From positions 14,379-69,600 of the forward strand of contig MQRK01250361.1 in the NCBI GenBank assembly GCA_001938485.1: a DNA stretch of 55,222 bases, read 5' to 3'. The translations under genes and the position numbers were made by a program. The DNA comes from Girardia tigrina (taxonomy: Eukaryota). Shown here piece by piece: positions 39,501-49,039 of this stretch; the stretch's first letter is position 1; the number at the start of each line of letters is the position of its first letter. The notes under the pieces were generated by a model, which searched no databases, was not told the DNA's origin, and saw nothing but the letters and a program-made list of their open reading frames with translations.

Positions 39501-39857
39501 TAAAAAAGAGAGTAGGCTAGATTATCTCTAGTGTGTGTGTGGACCCTCTAGAGAGCTCAGAGCCTCACAGCCCTCACACAAATGAAGTGACTCATACTCA
39601 AAAACACGCCGAAATAATCAAAAAACAAGATCAATACATCGGACGAACTGATGACTTTCCAGGACTCCGATACGACCTGGTTGATCCATTTGTCATCCGT
39701 GGACGACTTTTTAATCGGTTGATAGATCTGATAGGTTAACTGGAAATAATATTTCAGTTTGAGATTTTTCGTTATTTTTTTATTGTTTTTTTTATTAATT
39801 TACATTTATACTGTCGATAAGATTATCGATGAGACAGTGGAGACCGGAATTGAGCAT
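3332..39857 (-). CDS. MED23: Mediator of RNA polymerase II transcription subunit 23, complete 15-exon gene (~1450 aa)
   Basis: Exons 5'->3' on minus: 39857-39804, 39739-39638, 37616-37501, 37451-37340, 33335-33237, 28076-27896, 27852-27635, 25149-24949, 24878-24792, 19835-17669, 11928-11532, 11488-11425, 7898-7672, 7622-7502, 3538-3332. All introns are GT-AG with matching phases and the total is 4353 nt. Colinear MED23-like motifs: LDYKANREV, LLSRKNNLMPAYFAMHEL, IIPLDRFLLFL, DNWHQIH, LPQYYNHLVLRMIPVLE, ESEGQFLLACHMCGP, IADLMYHVKYIYVG, LRAKLKFI. Confidence 0.93.
3700..3926. mobile_element. piggyBac-type MITE
   Basis: TTAA|CCCTTTCCAGC ... GCTGGAAAGAG|TTAA. Confidence 0.75.
3936..4233. repeat. 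Tandem duplication, 2 x ~148 bp
   Basis: ATGTACGTCGCTGTATG...CTAAATTTTAT repeated back to back. Confidence 0.9.
4378..4840 (+). mobile_element. Solo LTR (Gypsy family)
   Basis: TGTGAGGAAT...CTTAACA with a 5-bp TSD CAGCA; same start as the LTR after the PPT of the Gypsy at 15455. Confidence 0.85.
6006..7239 (-). mobile_element. Merlin (IS1595/ISXO2-like) transposon, decayed
   Basis: TIR ATCTTTTCCAGATAA.CCCC at both ends, AATTAAT on both flanks; IVGGPGLHVEIDET and VPDRT..TLL..I motifs. Confidence 0.85.
7502..7622 (-). CDS. MED23: MED23 exon 14
   Basis: YVREFIKPFIESEGQFLLACHMCGPL...KLIE. Confidence 0.9.
7672..7898 (-). CDS. MED23: MED23 exon 13
   Basis: KEYRQY...LCLWHSMWTHANMTQI. Confidence 0.9.
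8923..9116. mobile_element. pogo/Tigger-type MITE
   Basis: TA|CCGTATTTTTCCG ... CGGAAAAATACGG|TA; same family as 25320-25535 in the opposite orientation. Confidence 0.85.
10465..10808. other. Assembly gap (N run)
   Basis: Run of N; the ORFs crossing it are artefacts. Confidence 1.
11425..11488 (-). CDS. MED23: MED23 exon 12
   Basis: RGGHKFQEYVNIFGCIMALFP, GTAAGT donor, 43-nt upstream intron. Confidence 0.88.
11532..11928 (-). CDS. MED23: MED23 exon 11
   Basis: YPLYFCYTLI...NWR...VIELIL; phase 1 in, phase 2 out. Confidence 0.9.
15024..17280 (-). mobile_element. Gypsy/Ty3 LTR retrotransposon, internally deleted (gag with two zinc knuckles, integrase, PPT, 3' LTR ~15455-15024)
   Basis: CWACHEEGHIRRNCP and CSYCNKNDHIRTQC knuckles; FGPPKEIHVDRG, SPYHHNTNGIVER; GAGGGGGA PPT then TGTGAGG; no RT visible. 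Confidence 0.88.
17669..19835 (-). CDS. MED23: MED23 exon 10 (2167-nt central exon)
   Basis: Lies in the 747-aa ORF of the track; LEDFVPCLKFFDILYP ... LFRFH; TTTAG acceptor, GTAAG donor. Confidence 0.93.
20883..21274 (-). mobile_element. Helentron-type non-autonomous element (HINE), copy 1
   Basis: Sub-terminal IRs ACAAGCTTTTAT and TTCACCCACTTCCC, terminal palindrome CCAAAAAAATTTTTGG, CAGA/CAAA microsatellite, A/T-run end; arms shared with 34308-35523. Confidence 0.7.
22861..24118 (-). mobile_element. Full-length mariner (D,D34D), frameshifted, apparently inserted in a solo LTR starting at 22828
   Basis: ~30-bp TIRs, TA TSD; IVTCDEKWILYDN, ILHDN, SPDLSPTDYHFF, WIPYEL motifs. Confidence 0.93.
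24451..24690. mobile_element. MITE with internal CACCTACTA/TAGTAGGTG repeats
   Basis: TIR TAACGGATAACAT.AAATAGTAGG / CCTACTATTT.ATGTTATCCGTTA. Confidence 0.75.
24792..24878 (-). CDS. MED23: MED23 exon 9
   Basis: TANRLWMKSRKYIWWFVINATSGFINKNT resembles KGRDHLMWVLLQFISGSIQKN. Confidence 0.88.
24949..25149 (-). CDS. MED23: MED23 exon 8
   Basis: NFKYGGLENAFAQLIF...LNAK, GTGAGT donor. Confidence 0.88.
25320..25535. mobile_element. pogo/Tigger-type MITE
   Basis: TACCGTATTTTT ... GAAAAATACGGT; reverse-orientation relative of 8923-9116. Confidence 0.85.
26059..26874. mobile_element. hAT-like non-autonomous element
   Basis: CAGGGTTGTC.ATGGGA ... TCCCATGGACAACCCTG termini with repeated CCCAT sub-terminal motifs; no clear TSD. 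Confidence 0.5.
27635..27852 (-). CDS. MED23: MED23 exon 7
   Basis: CRHFFYPV...STFKLE...LLVQTRSTDL, bounded by AG and GT. Confidence 0.88.
27896..28076 (-). CDS. MED23: MED23 exon 6
   Basis: VIRKLLSRKNNLMPAYFAMHEL...SFRKPAKL; followed by a 43-nt intron. Confidence 0.92.
28747..29318 (+). mobile_element. MULE deletion derivative
   Basis: ~60-bp TIRs built on TTGATCG/CGATCAA; ARTKNITEGFH...HHNIWTFL motif. Confidence 0.75.
30056..31043 (-). mobile_element. MULE remnant with SWIM finger
   Basis: 10-bp TSD ATTCTTTTTT (30046-30055, 31044-31053); IR CAGTAAAAAAA.TAACTCTCAGTATTT; CTCPYFLKHFICKH SWIM finger and RKRGRPKK. Confidence 0.8.
31081..31532. mobile_element. pogo/Tigger-type MITE
   Basis: TA|CCGTATAT.CTCGCAT ... 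ATGCGAG.ATATACGG|TA with internal TAAGCCGACC repeats. Confidence 0.85.
32011..32942 (-). mobile_element. pogo/Tigger transposase remnant
   Basis: FKASNGW..SYKNRHN and KNAW motifs; CAGT termini with GACAGGTGGTCG repeats. Confidence 0.7.
33237..33335 (-). CDS. MED23: MED23 exon 5
   Basis: TTCCAG acceptor, ANREVFNKSIEKSYSFP...FCLK, GT donor, 99 nt. Confidence 0.85.
33595..34271 (+). mobile_element. Non-autonomous Helitron
   Basis: 3' hairpin ACACCCGTC-TTGTAT-GACGGGTGT followed by CTAG|T; candidate 5' end A|TCTAT at 33595 (less certain); internal ~120-bp direct repeat. Confidence 0.75.
34308..35523 (-). mobile_element. HINE copy 2, with a 763-bp insertion
   Basis: Arms near-identical to 20883-21274. 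Confidence 0.7.
34627..35389 (+). mobile_element. TSD-flanked insert encoding three C2H2 zinc fingers (probable 5'-truncated non-LTR retrotransposon)
   Basis: TSD ATTGTCACCT (34617-34626, 35390-35399). Fingers: CTIEDC...HLKR(frameshift)DH, CTKC...(D)LRKDH, CPFRGC...HGTTIH. Track ORF 34801-35316. Confidence 0.7.
36009..36423. repeat. Long imperfect inverted repeat (foldback/MITE), ~150-bp arms
   Basis: 36034-36181 pairs with 36260-36408, plus an outer 14-bp IR. Confidence 0.9.
36562..37087 (+). mobile_element. Solo LTR, same TGTGAGGAAT family
   Basis: TGTGAGGAATATTT...AATAAA...CTTAACA; TSD degenerate. Confidence 0.65.
37340..37451 (-). CDS. MED23: MED23 exon 4
   Basis: DIAIALVNSESLKIE...LPSLDYK resembles the MED23 LINSDTL...VDYK segment. 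Confidence 0.88.
37501..37616 (-). CDS. MED23: MED23 exon 3
   Basis: CCACAG acceptor, KNSALNFLIKVIV...IYSC, phase 2, followed by a 49-nt intron. Confidence 0.8.
38005..39065. repeat. AT-rich tandem repeat, ~252-bp unit x4
   Basis: AAAATTGTCAAGTTCAAATTG recurs near 38008, 38260, 38510 and 38762; (AAT)n expansion in unit 4. Confidence 0.9.
39638..39739 (-). CDS. MED23: MED23 exon 2
   Basis: TTCCAG acceptor, 34 open codons (LTYQIY...SWKVISSSD), GT donor. Confidence 0.72.
39804..39857 (-). CDS. MED23: MED23 exon 1 (MLNSGLHCLIDNLIDSIN)
   Basis: ATG at 39857, GTAAAT donor, phase 0, followed by a 64-nt intron. Confidence 0.7.
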
Positions 39858-40959
39858 TGGTTTATCGATTGATTTACAATGTACGTGAATTAATTTTCAC
39901 AATCTCAATTTTTTGTTTCTAAAATGTCAATTTGTACTTAACCATCAAAATCAAATTTTTAAATATTTGAATTACAATATTAAAACAAAACGTTAATCAA
40001 ATTTTATGGTTTGTATGGGAAAAAATAATGATGCATAATTGGGATTAGTGGTTTTTTAAAATTGATGAATAACACTTGAAAATTACAAAGATTTTTGTGA
40101 TGATAAGTTTTAATTTAAGATAAAAATTTCGGGTTTAAAAATATACAGATATCTATGAAACAATTTTCTTTTTGTTACACTTGTTTTTACTTTAGATTTT
40201 GAAATTTTCAAAAGTTTAAGAATTGAAAAATATTTTTTAATTTATGATTTATTCTTTTATTTTGTATTTGTTTTTAGACTTATAATTAAGTAGAATACAC
40301 TAATTTCTAGTCACATCTAACAGTAACAGTATTATAAAATAATATGAGTTTAATAAAATTGAAGTTTATTAATCTCAATTTAACATCATAATGCGGTGCG
40401 ATTTCGAAATACTTTAAAATCATCATCTTTAGTGTATTAAAATGAAATATTTTATTATTGTACAACATTTACAAATGTTTAATAATAATAATTTCAACAA
40501 AATCGGAAATTTATTGAATGGTACTACAAGAACAAGTTTTATGAGGAAATCATAGGATGCTGAACTAATTTCGATAAGGAACTAATCCTGCCAAAAATTT
40601 ATTTCGATAAAAAAGTATATTTTTTGCAAAAAGGTACATTTATTACATTTCTTTCCAATTATTTATCTTCAAAAGCATTGTTGGTTACAAAAATTGATTT
40701 AATTTCAGGTTCAACCTCATAAATGTTCAAGCATCTGCAAAGAAATTGAAATAAAGTATCATACTATTATATTGTTGGCGTATCGGTGTGATTAAATTAA
40801 AATAGAAATTAAACAAAAGAAATAAGATTATATTGGTTTTAAAAAAATCTTATTAAATCTTTTTTTAAAATCTTATTTAATCTTATTAATTAAAACAAAG
40901 TCTATTTTTAATACTTTTATTATTTATTTTTAATATTTACCTCAACACAATCTGGTACT

Positions 40960-42350
40960 TACAAGATCATTTCTTATTTGCAAACTCTTTAGTCTCCTAC
41001 AATGCTGCTCCGAGTTTCTATGAAAACCCATGGATTTTTATTTTAAGGTCTCTCAGAAATATTTGGTTATAATTGTGGAATTGAATAATTGATTATAGCG
41101 AGATCAGTTAGCTATGTCCTTTCGAAATACAGGTAAACAAATGCAATTTTTATTTCTTGTGGTTGAGTACTGATCCTTGTCTGCTTTAATGTATTAAATA
41201 ATTGGTATAATTTATCAGAAGGCAAAAAACCAAGCTTCTTCTTCTTCTTCTTTTTGACCTTAACCGTTGAGTCGTGGGTGCACCCAATTATAAACAAGCC
41301 TTCGCCACATCTCTCTATTTCTAAGACATTTCATACTCAATCCACTCCATTCTTTTAAATCGTCTATCCATTACCTCTGTGGTCTTCCTCTTGGTCTCTC
41401 TCCTTCCACTCGTCTTTCAATCATAACCTTTGCTAGTGCTTGTTTACTTCTTTAAATAAAATTCAAATAAAAAACCAAGCGTCATTATTAAATTCATCAG
41501 CTGGTTGAATTCTTTGTGGTAAATGAAGAAATATTTTAGGCCTTAATCTCCAAGCTTTTTTACAATAGCCTGATTTAAATGAAAATAGCAGCATTGACAG
41601 GTAATCTGTAGAAATATATCACAAAATGCTCTAATGGGAGCTTTTTCAATGTCACCAATTGCTAATAAAGGCAAAATTGATGGATCATATTTTTTTCTCT
41701 GAATAACCAATCTGTAATGTTGATATTGCCTAGACTTCATCAAGAAGAAAAATGTTGGCAAAAATCTTTGACCATTTCGAACTGAAATTATGAATAACTG
41801 AGAAAATATTTTTAGGACAACAAAAAATGTCCCATCATAACAGATACTATTCAAATGTAGAAGACTATCAATCACTTCAGTTTAAAAGAAAAGGATTTCA
41901 ATGACTACATCGGCATTAAATATTGGTCCTGTGAAGAATTATTTGAATTTGGTATGTTGAAATTGGTGTGTTGAGTTTTGTATGTTGAGTTTAGTATTTG
42001 GAAATTAGTTCTTCCCACCCGGATGGAAAATTGAAATTTTGGATGTTTGCGACAAACATTATCAAAAATATGTCTCGAACTTTCTGATGTTGTTTCAAAT
42101 TTATCTTTAAGCTCTTTTTTCAGGGCTCTCATTTGTTCATTATGTAGTTCAGGTTCATGATTATGACAGTTTTCAATAATAATGTCATTAGTATCAATGA
42201 CAATTGATGCTTTTGTATTTGGCTTTGGGATACATCTGACACCGTAATATGATTTTATTTTTGTATACTTTATTCCGATAATACATTTTAGTTTTTGCAT
42301 ATCATTCAATAATGACAATCGCCTGGAACGCATATCTGGCAACCACTAAG
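40960..42350 (-). mobile_element. MULE transposase pseudogene
   Basis: HNHEP, YDGTF.VV.KIFSQLFII, CCYFHLNQAI, LIMTLGFLP, YFERT motifs across frameshifts. Confidence 0.85.
41236..41468 (-). mobile_element. 5'-truncated RTE-like LINE tail
   Basis: VEGERPRGRPQR*WIDDLKEW...NREMWR, (GAA)n tail, 12-bp TSD AAAAAACCAAGC. Confidence 0.85.
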
Positions 42351-43223
42351 ATGACATAATCTTTAAAAAATGAAATTTAAGCAATGAAGTTGAGATGTTC
42401 ATCTTATTGTATTTGCGACAATATCGTTGGCATTTGACCTTCCGACCGAACAAGTCACCTACTGTATCCATCTCATTCACATGTCACAATCACACAAACA
42501 TGCTCGGTAGTACTTTGTCAGTATGACTTTCATGAATAGTAATATCGTTTCAAAGTGCATTTGCTACACTTCACTGTATATCTCTCATATATTTTGTGTC
42601 TAAACTTGTAGACAGGAAGTCAAAATATGATTGAGGAGCAAAATCGCCCTAACTCATCCAGATTTGGAAATAGAAATCCTTTTTTTAAAAATAATTATGC
42701 ATATTAATAAAAATAATGAAATACAATGGATTAAAATTGAAAATATATAAGCTTAAAGTGGCTCTGTATACATATGTAGACATGAAATCGGGTGAGTGTT
42801 AAATTCAAATCGTATTAAATATTATTTTTTATTTTGAGTTTCAAAAACTAATCATGATTTAAAAATTAAAAGATTATTTAAAAAATAAATAGCGGCAAGT
42901 TTATTATAAATAGAAAGTAGAAAATTTGTTTGAGTTGGTTTATAATATAAATTATGTGAATGAGCTATTGTGGCTGATTATATTGACATAACTCTCACAA
43001 ACAATCAAACATACATCTACATTGATTGTCTATTGAAATCCATTGATCATATCTCCTTATGATCGTACATCCTCGCTTCATTGATCATTTCCAAATTTTT
43101 CTTATCACCGAAAGAGGCTTGTGTTGCAAATCTTCTCTTGAATCTGTTCGATCGGACAATCTATCCGATTCATCACGTTTAAATTTCATCGGTGCAATAG
43201 ATTTTGAATCTACTTCTGATATA

Positions 43224-43832
43224 CCCTGTTTTATGGTTATATGGTGGCACCTTAGTAGATTTTAAAAGACCAAATTTTACCCCGAAAGCACCTTAGTAAA
43301 CAGTGGAACCTTAGTAAAACGAAACAAAAATTAAAAAAAATTTCCATCTTTTTCAATTATATTTTTTAATCATCATAATCTTCATCTTCGCTACCAAAAT
43401 TATTTTCATCCAACAAAATATCAATGAGCTGCTCACGAATACCTTGATGTTCATCTACCTCATCTTTAGATTCTTCAACGCTTTCCTCAATAACTGCATC
43501 TTCAACGTCGTCGTGTTCATTCGGATAAAAATTGATTGTGGTATTCTTGAAGCCATTTTTGATGGTAGAAACCGGAAGTGAATCCTACGACTCCGATATC
43601 CATTGACAAATCTCTTCGCAGGAAGCTCTCTTCCAATTTCCTGATTTCGTACATTTTAAATAAAATTTTTTAAAAAAAGCATAAAAAAACATTATTAAAA
43701 AATTTAAAAAAGTATAAAAACATATAATAAGATGGCACCTTAGAAGAAAAAACATAAAATATCAATGTCCAAAAAAAATTTAATGAGGTGGCACCTAAGT
43801 AAGCAGTGGTACCTTATAACCATAAAACAGGG
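43224..43832 (-). mobile_element. pogo-family deletion derivative
   Basis: TA|CCCTGTTTTATGGTTAT ... ATAACCATAAAACAGGG|TA; TKSGNWKRASCEEICQW and TIKNGFK motifs. Confidence 0.85.
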
Positions 43833-44726
43833 TACATACAAACATTTTTATAAATAAAAACATGTAGACATTTAACAATTACGTTTGAAATACTTTTGAA
43901 TTAAATTAATTTAATAATAAAGTTTCAATAAATGATATCTGGTTAGGTTAGACACAATCCCAAAACAACATACAATAAACATCATATAATATTTTTCAAA
44001 AACGCAATTTCCAGATTAAATAATAAGCAGAAAAGTAATAATTTTATTATATTTATGTGGTGTTTAACTTAAATGAAAATGAACACTCTACACAAATATC
44101 TATTTTAAAATAAATCCTCTCTCCGCAATCCAACGATTAAAACAACTGAATTAAATCGTTTTTTATATTACAATTTATCGATATTTAATTTTTTTACTGG
44201 GTTCTTCGTGTCAAAATAGTGTCCGTTGTCAGATAAAAACATCAGACAGATATAAATAATTAAAATGAATAATAATAATAATTTCCTATCGTTTTTACAC
44301 TTGTCATTTAGTATTAATAACCATAAAACATCGACATTAGAAGCTGCAATAATAATCAACAACAATAATTACTAACTGTCATTAAAAAATATGTGAAATT
44401 TTACAAAGATATAATAATCATTTTCTTCTTTTCATTTTCATTTTTAATGAGATAATTCTAATTGTATTATGTCATAATTTGATTATTTACGAGAAATAAA
44501 CGTCATTAAAGATCAATAAATTCTATCAGTAATTATTGATATAATCATTAAATATTATCAGAACGGATCTTGTGTGTCTTAACAACTGAGTGAGTACACA
44601 GTATCGCAAATTTATCACACTATTTTAACTTTGAAAAAGCATTTTAACTCGAAGTTTTTCAAAACAAATATTAGTTGAGTGACCAAATTTTCAATGAAAG
44701 GTCGTACAGGGTTTGATTTGAGGTAA

Positions 44727-45581
44727 ATGGACACTCCAATGTGGTATAATAACCGGCTCTGGCAAGCCTCTAAACAGTCGATCGACGGGCGGCCAGTCCG
44801 ATCTCAGAGTGCCAGTTATGCTAACCGAAGAAGCGGATTTTTGTCTCAGAGTGTTCCGAGAAATTGGGATAATTATTTGAAAGTACAAAACCTTCAACTG
44901 CCAAACAGAGACCGATATACATACAGATTCACATTCTCCAACAGACCAGGCAAACCGGTGACCCAAACTTCCTCGATCTCGTCCCCTAACTCTAATAATA
45001 ATCTCTCCATAACTCCCTCTAAGTGTAACGTAATAATGCCTTCGGAATTGTTGGTTTTTCAACCTAAATCTGCCACTCACAAAGACCGATTATCGACGTA
45101 TTCCCACGACAACAAATTCCTACAATTAAATTTCCCTAGTAAAACGATTCAACCCAAATATGTGGAATATGAGAAAGATTTTCCACCGAAAAAGTACGAT
45201 ATTGCGCATGGAAATATGAACTCGGCTAATCAAACCGGTACAGATTCTACTGAAAAGAGTTTAGAAGAAGAAATCGATTCGTTGACTATGTCCAATTCCG
45301 TAACTCCGGTGCCCCAAAACACTCCCCGATTCCTCGACAATCCTAATCAGGATATTTTCCCTAGAAAATCTATTTTAAAGAAAACTGTGAATTTATTTTA
45401 TCAACCCAATTTCAATCAGAATCGCATTTTAACTCCGTCATTAAAACCGATGATTTCTTCTCAACCGATTAATCGGACTTTGGAACTGAGAAGGAACATG
45501 AAATCAGCGCCGGCAACCAAACGAGAAGTTCGGTTTAATATGAATATAAATAATATAATTGAATATTCTCCAAACGAGTGA
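44727..45581 (+). CDS. Orphan 284-aa S/P/N-rich protein with PP1-docking SILK and RVxF motifs
   Basis: Intact ATG-to-TGA ORF, GC-richer than its flanks; RKSILKK and a C-terminal KREVRF...IIEY. Confidence 0.75.
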   Translation: MDTPMWYNNRLWQASKQSIDGRPVRSQSASYANRRSGFLSQSVPRNWDNYLKVQNLQLPNRDRYTYRFTFSNRPGKPVTQTSSISSPNSNNNLSITPSKCNVIMPSELLVFQPKSATHKDRLSTYSHDNKFLQLNFPSKTIQPKYVEYEKDFPPKKYDIAHGNMNSANQTGTDSTEKSLEEEIDSLTMSNSVTPVPQNTPRFLDNPNQDIFPRKSILKKTVNLFYQPNFNQNRILTPSLKPMISSQPINRTLELRRNMKSAPATKREVRFNMNINNIIEYSPNE

Positions 45582-47068
45582 AATCATTCGAGTGTATTGT
45601 GAATAGTCTCTGATATTTCCTTGTGTAAATAAGAGATTTTTATACAACTTTATAGTTTAGAGCAGTTACTTGTAACACAATGACTGCATTTAAAATTGTA
45701 TAATAGATTTATAAATTCAACTTAGAAGTTTATTATATTATATTATTTCTACGAATCTGGAAATATACGCAAATATATTAATATGTACTCTTAATTCATA
45801 TTTATTGTAATGGAAACGTTTTTGAAACAAAAAACTGTTGATGAAATAAGTGATAAAAATTGAAATCTTGAAGTGAAGATTGCATTAAAGAGATTGTAAA
45901 ATAAATTTATAAAAAAAACTAATAAAGATTCAAGTATGCTTTCATTTTTTCTTGTAATTTGTATTTAATTGAATATCGAAAATATAAATCTACGGTCTTT
46001 CGTCACGACCGGTTCTCATCAGGATTTCAATATTTATTGCGACAATAATTCCAGAAAATCTCGAGATGACTTTCTCAGCTTTCGATCCGGTTCAGCGTTC
46101 ATCCAACGGACATCGGGTCGGGAAGTCAAAATTCTGACAATGCCAAGTACAGACCAGACACAGTTCTTTATTTGTTCACCACTAAACATTCAAACTTTGA
46201 AATTGAACCAACCGGTCGAGAAGCACTGAGAGCCATCCGAACCAAAAGAAACTCGGTCTCGACTGATTATAACGGCGACTTGCTATTCCGTCCGTATCCG
46301 GAGTGGATGGAGTCCCCGATAGTTAAGTAACCCGGATCATGGCAAACGATCGCAGACATCTGATCCACATTGTTCGAGTGTCAAAAATAGTTAAAGAAAG
46401 ATAGTATTTGATTTAAGATTTAGATATATATTGTACAGGCCAAAATTGTAAGACTAAACAAGTGCCACGTTAATTTTAATGATCAAGTGGAATTTAAAGC
46501 TGTTTTTCAAGCTAAATGTGGTACCACTTAATATTAACAACTTAAAAATGTTTCTCGTGCTTTGAAGATTTACTTTGCTCCTGATTCTTTTCGATATATA
46601 TATATATATATATATATATTGTTTGATAATATCGTATTGGTCATAGTATTTCGGCCGGCAGGTATAAATATATAATTTAAATTAACCTTATATCATTCTA
46701 AGACTTTCAAATATATCTCAGGTGAGATACTTCGGAATTAAAGTATTTTTTAACATGAATGGACATAATTATAATATTTATATTGTCATTTAACATAGCG
46801 AAATTTATTGATGTAATATATTTCGACGAAACATCCATCATTTTCAGGAATCTTTCATAACAATTATGTTGTCTAAGTGAACAAAATTGATTTAATGAAT
46901 TGTACAGCAAATTATAACTCCGCTATTTTGTTGCAAATGACCAAATAAATGACAAAATAGTATGTATGGAACAGTCAAATGAAGTACTCTTCATTTAACT
47001 TAAGTGTAAACAATTATCATTTTCATTGAATGAAACATGAAAAATTTAATTTCTAAAAATGACATTTT

Positions 47069-47352
47069 TTCAATCGGTAGCAGTGACGGGTAGTGCGTAT
47101 AAAGGTCAGGGACGTAATCAGTGCAAGCTAGTGACTTGCGCTTGCTAAGAATTCATAGTTCAGGTAGGATAATTACCATCAACTATCCCTGACACCACAG
47201 TGATCAACAGGTTACCCGGCCATTTCTAATTAGGAATAAAACTCGATTACTACCATTATAGAGTACACATCGCTCCGAACATCTAAGGGCATCACAGACA
47301 GGTTACTGCTTCATTTCATTTAGCTAAACACTATTTATTCTTCTAAGAAGTC
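47069..47352 (-). pseudogene. 18S rRNA pseudogene fragment (3' region)
   Basis: Reverse complement of conserved SSU motifs (ACATCTAAGGGCATCACAGAC, CAGGGACGTAATCA, degenerate GACGGGCGGTGTGTAC) with many substitutions. Confidence 0.9.
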
Positions 47353-49039
47353 ATCATTTGCGATTTAACACAAATATATTAATTAGATATGACATTTTAA
47401 TGTTGTCATTTTTTTCTACTGAAAAAATACTGCTGGATTTCATAGCTTGTTTATGAGTCCAGGATCGTATCTAAATTTCAAAGGGAGTTACTAGAAATAA
47501 AGTAAAAATGATTTTTATACAAAATTAATCTATTTCTTATCAAAAATTCGTTAACTAATATACAAAAATGTATACGTTAAGTACGCATTAAACAATGAAA
47601 TTTGGGCATTAGATTTTCAAAACGTTGTCCTTCTTTAACTTATTTAGAGGTGCGATATACAGTAGGAATATTAGGATTCTCATCGGGGATTTATGTCAAA
47701 AGTAAACACCATGTGAGAGTGAATCTCAAACTGGATATATTTTCATTTTTCAGCTATTATTTTTTGAAGGTTTTTTTACGTAGTGATTTGTTTAAACTGC
47801 TTCAAATATGTTTTATAAAAAAACCAAATGATGCGATTAATTGGTGGCTATTTGCAAAACAAACTCAAGCTCATCAAGTGCTGTGTATCCATCTTGATGA
47901 ATTAAATAACTCAAGGGGTCAAATTATCCACATTCCATTTACATTTTTATTCTTGTCTAACAATCTGAATACATAATGAAGCAACTTGTGTAATATATTA
48001 GATAACAAATAAAACAACCAAAATAATAGATTTGATAAACGAAAATTTATTTTATTAAAATATAATTTATTTAAGAGTCTGTTCAATCTTTGATAATAAA
48101 TGTTCTTCAAATAAGACCGAAAATATCATCAATATTATTTTGATTCTCATGAGTCAACTTATATAATTTCTAATTTTGAGTTCATCTACCTGCCATACAT
48201 ATCTGAAACTGTAGACCACTTAGGGCTCTAAGTCTAACAAATTAATAACATTTTTTTCTGCCACGACAAAACGGAAAGATTTTCTACAACAAATTAAAGT
48301 AACAAAAGTTGATTTTTTACTACAATCCTTGATGTATATCAACACCAAAGCAAAACATCTATGACAGCCAAGGTTACTTTGCGTATTTGGTGGAATGTGA
48401 AGGGTGAAGTGTATTAGGAATCGCGCAATCAACTGAAAGAGAGACTAGTAAACGTTTCAAACTACCGCTTAATTTTAATCCGGTGGGCGAATAATTTAAT
48501 CTGTTGTTCAAATAATAATCTGAATAAAAGCCAAGTTTAAAATTTACAAAGATAATAAAAATATATATTAGAAAGAGAGAAAGTTTGTGAAGTGTACATA
48601 TAATGAGTATTACGTCGGATGGATTGAAGCACTTCAGATCCTCTCTGTAAATATATAAAAAGTACAATAAATTGAATAAATATTGTTGAACATTATTGAA
48701 GTTTTAAATGAAAATTAGACTTTAATTAAATGCAAATTATTTTAAGTAATTTTTAAATTGCTAATATTTTTTAAGAGTAGACAATTTATACTTCACAAAT
48801 TTGAGATTTAAATAATTTAAAAGTTTCAAATCGATCAAAACAGAATATTTGAAGTTTGGATCGGATTGAATATTTCTTAGTTTTGAAAACTCATGATTGA
48901 TTTGAAATAATTAAAATTTAAAAGTAATGTGAAGATATTATGAGAATTTGTTTTAATATCCACAAATATTGGGGGAATTTTGAGAGGAAAATGCTTTTGT
49001 GAAATTAATAAATGTTTTACTATTTAATTTATTCTAAAA

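Noticed and set aside
44691-45080. 129-aa minus-strand ORF
   Set aside because: Antisense shadow of the 284-aa plus-strand ORF
45990-46025. CTGATGA...GAAA on the minus strand as a hammerhead
   Set aside because: Stem II cannot form
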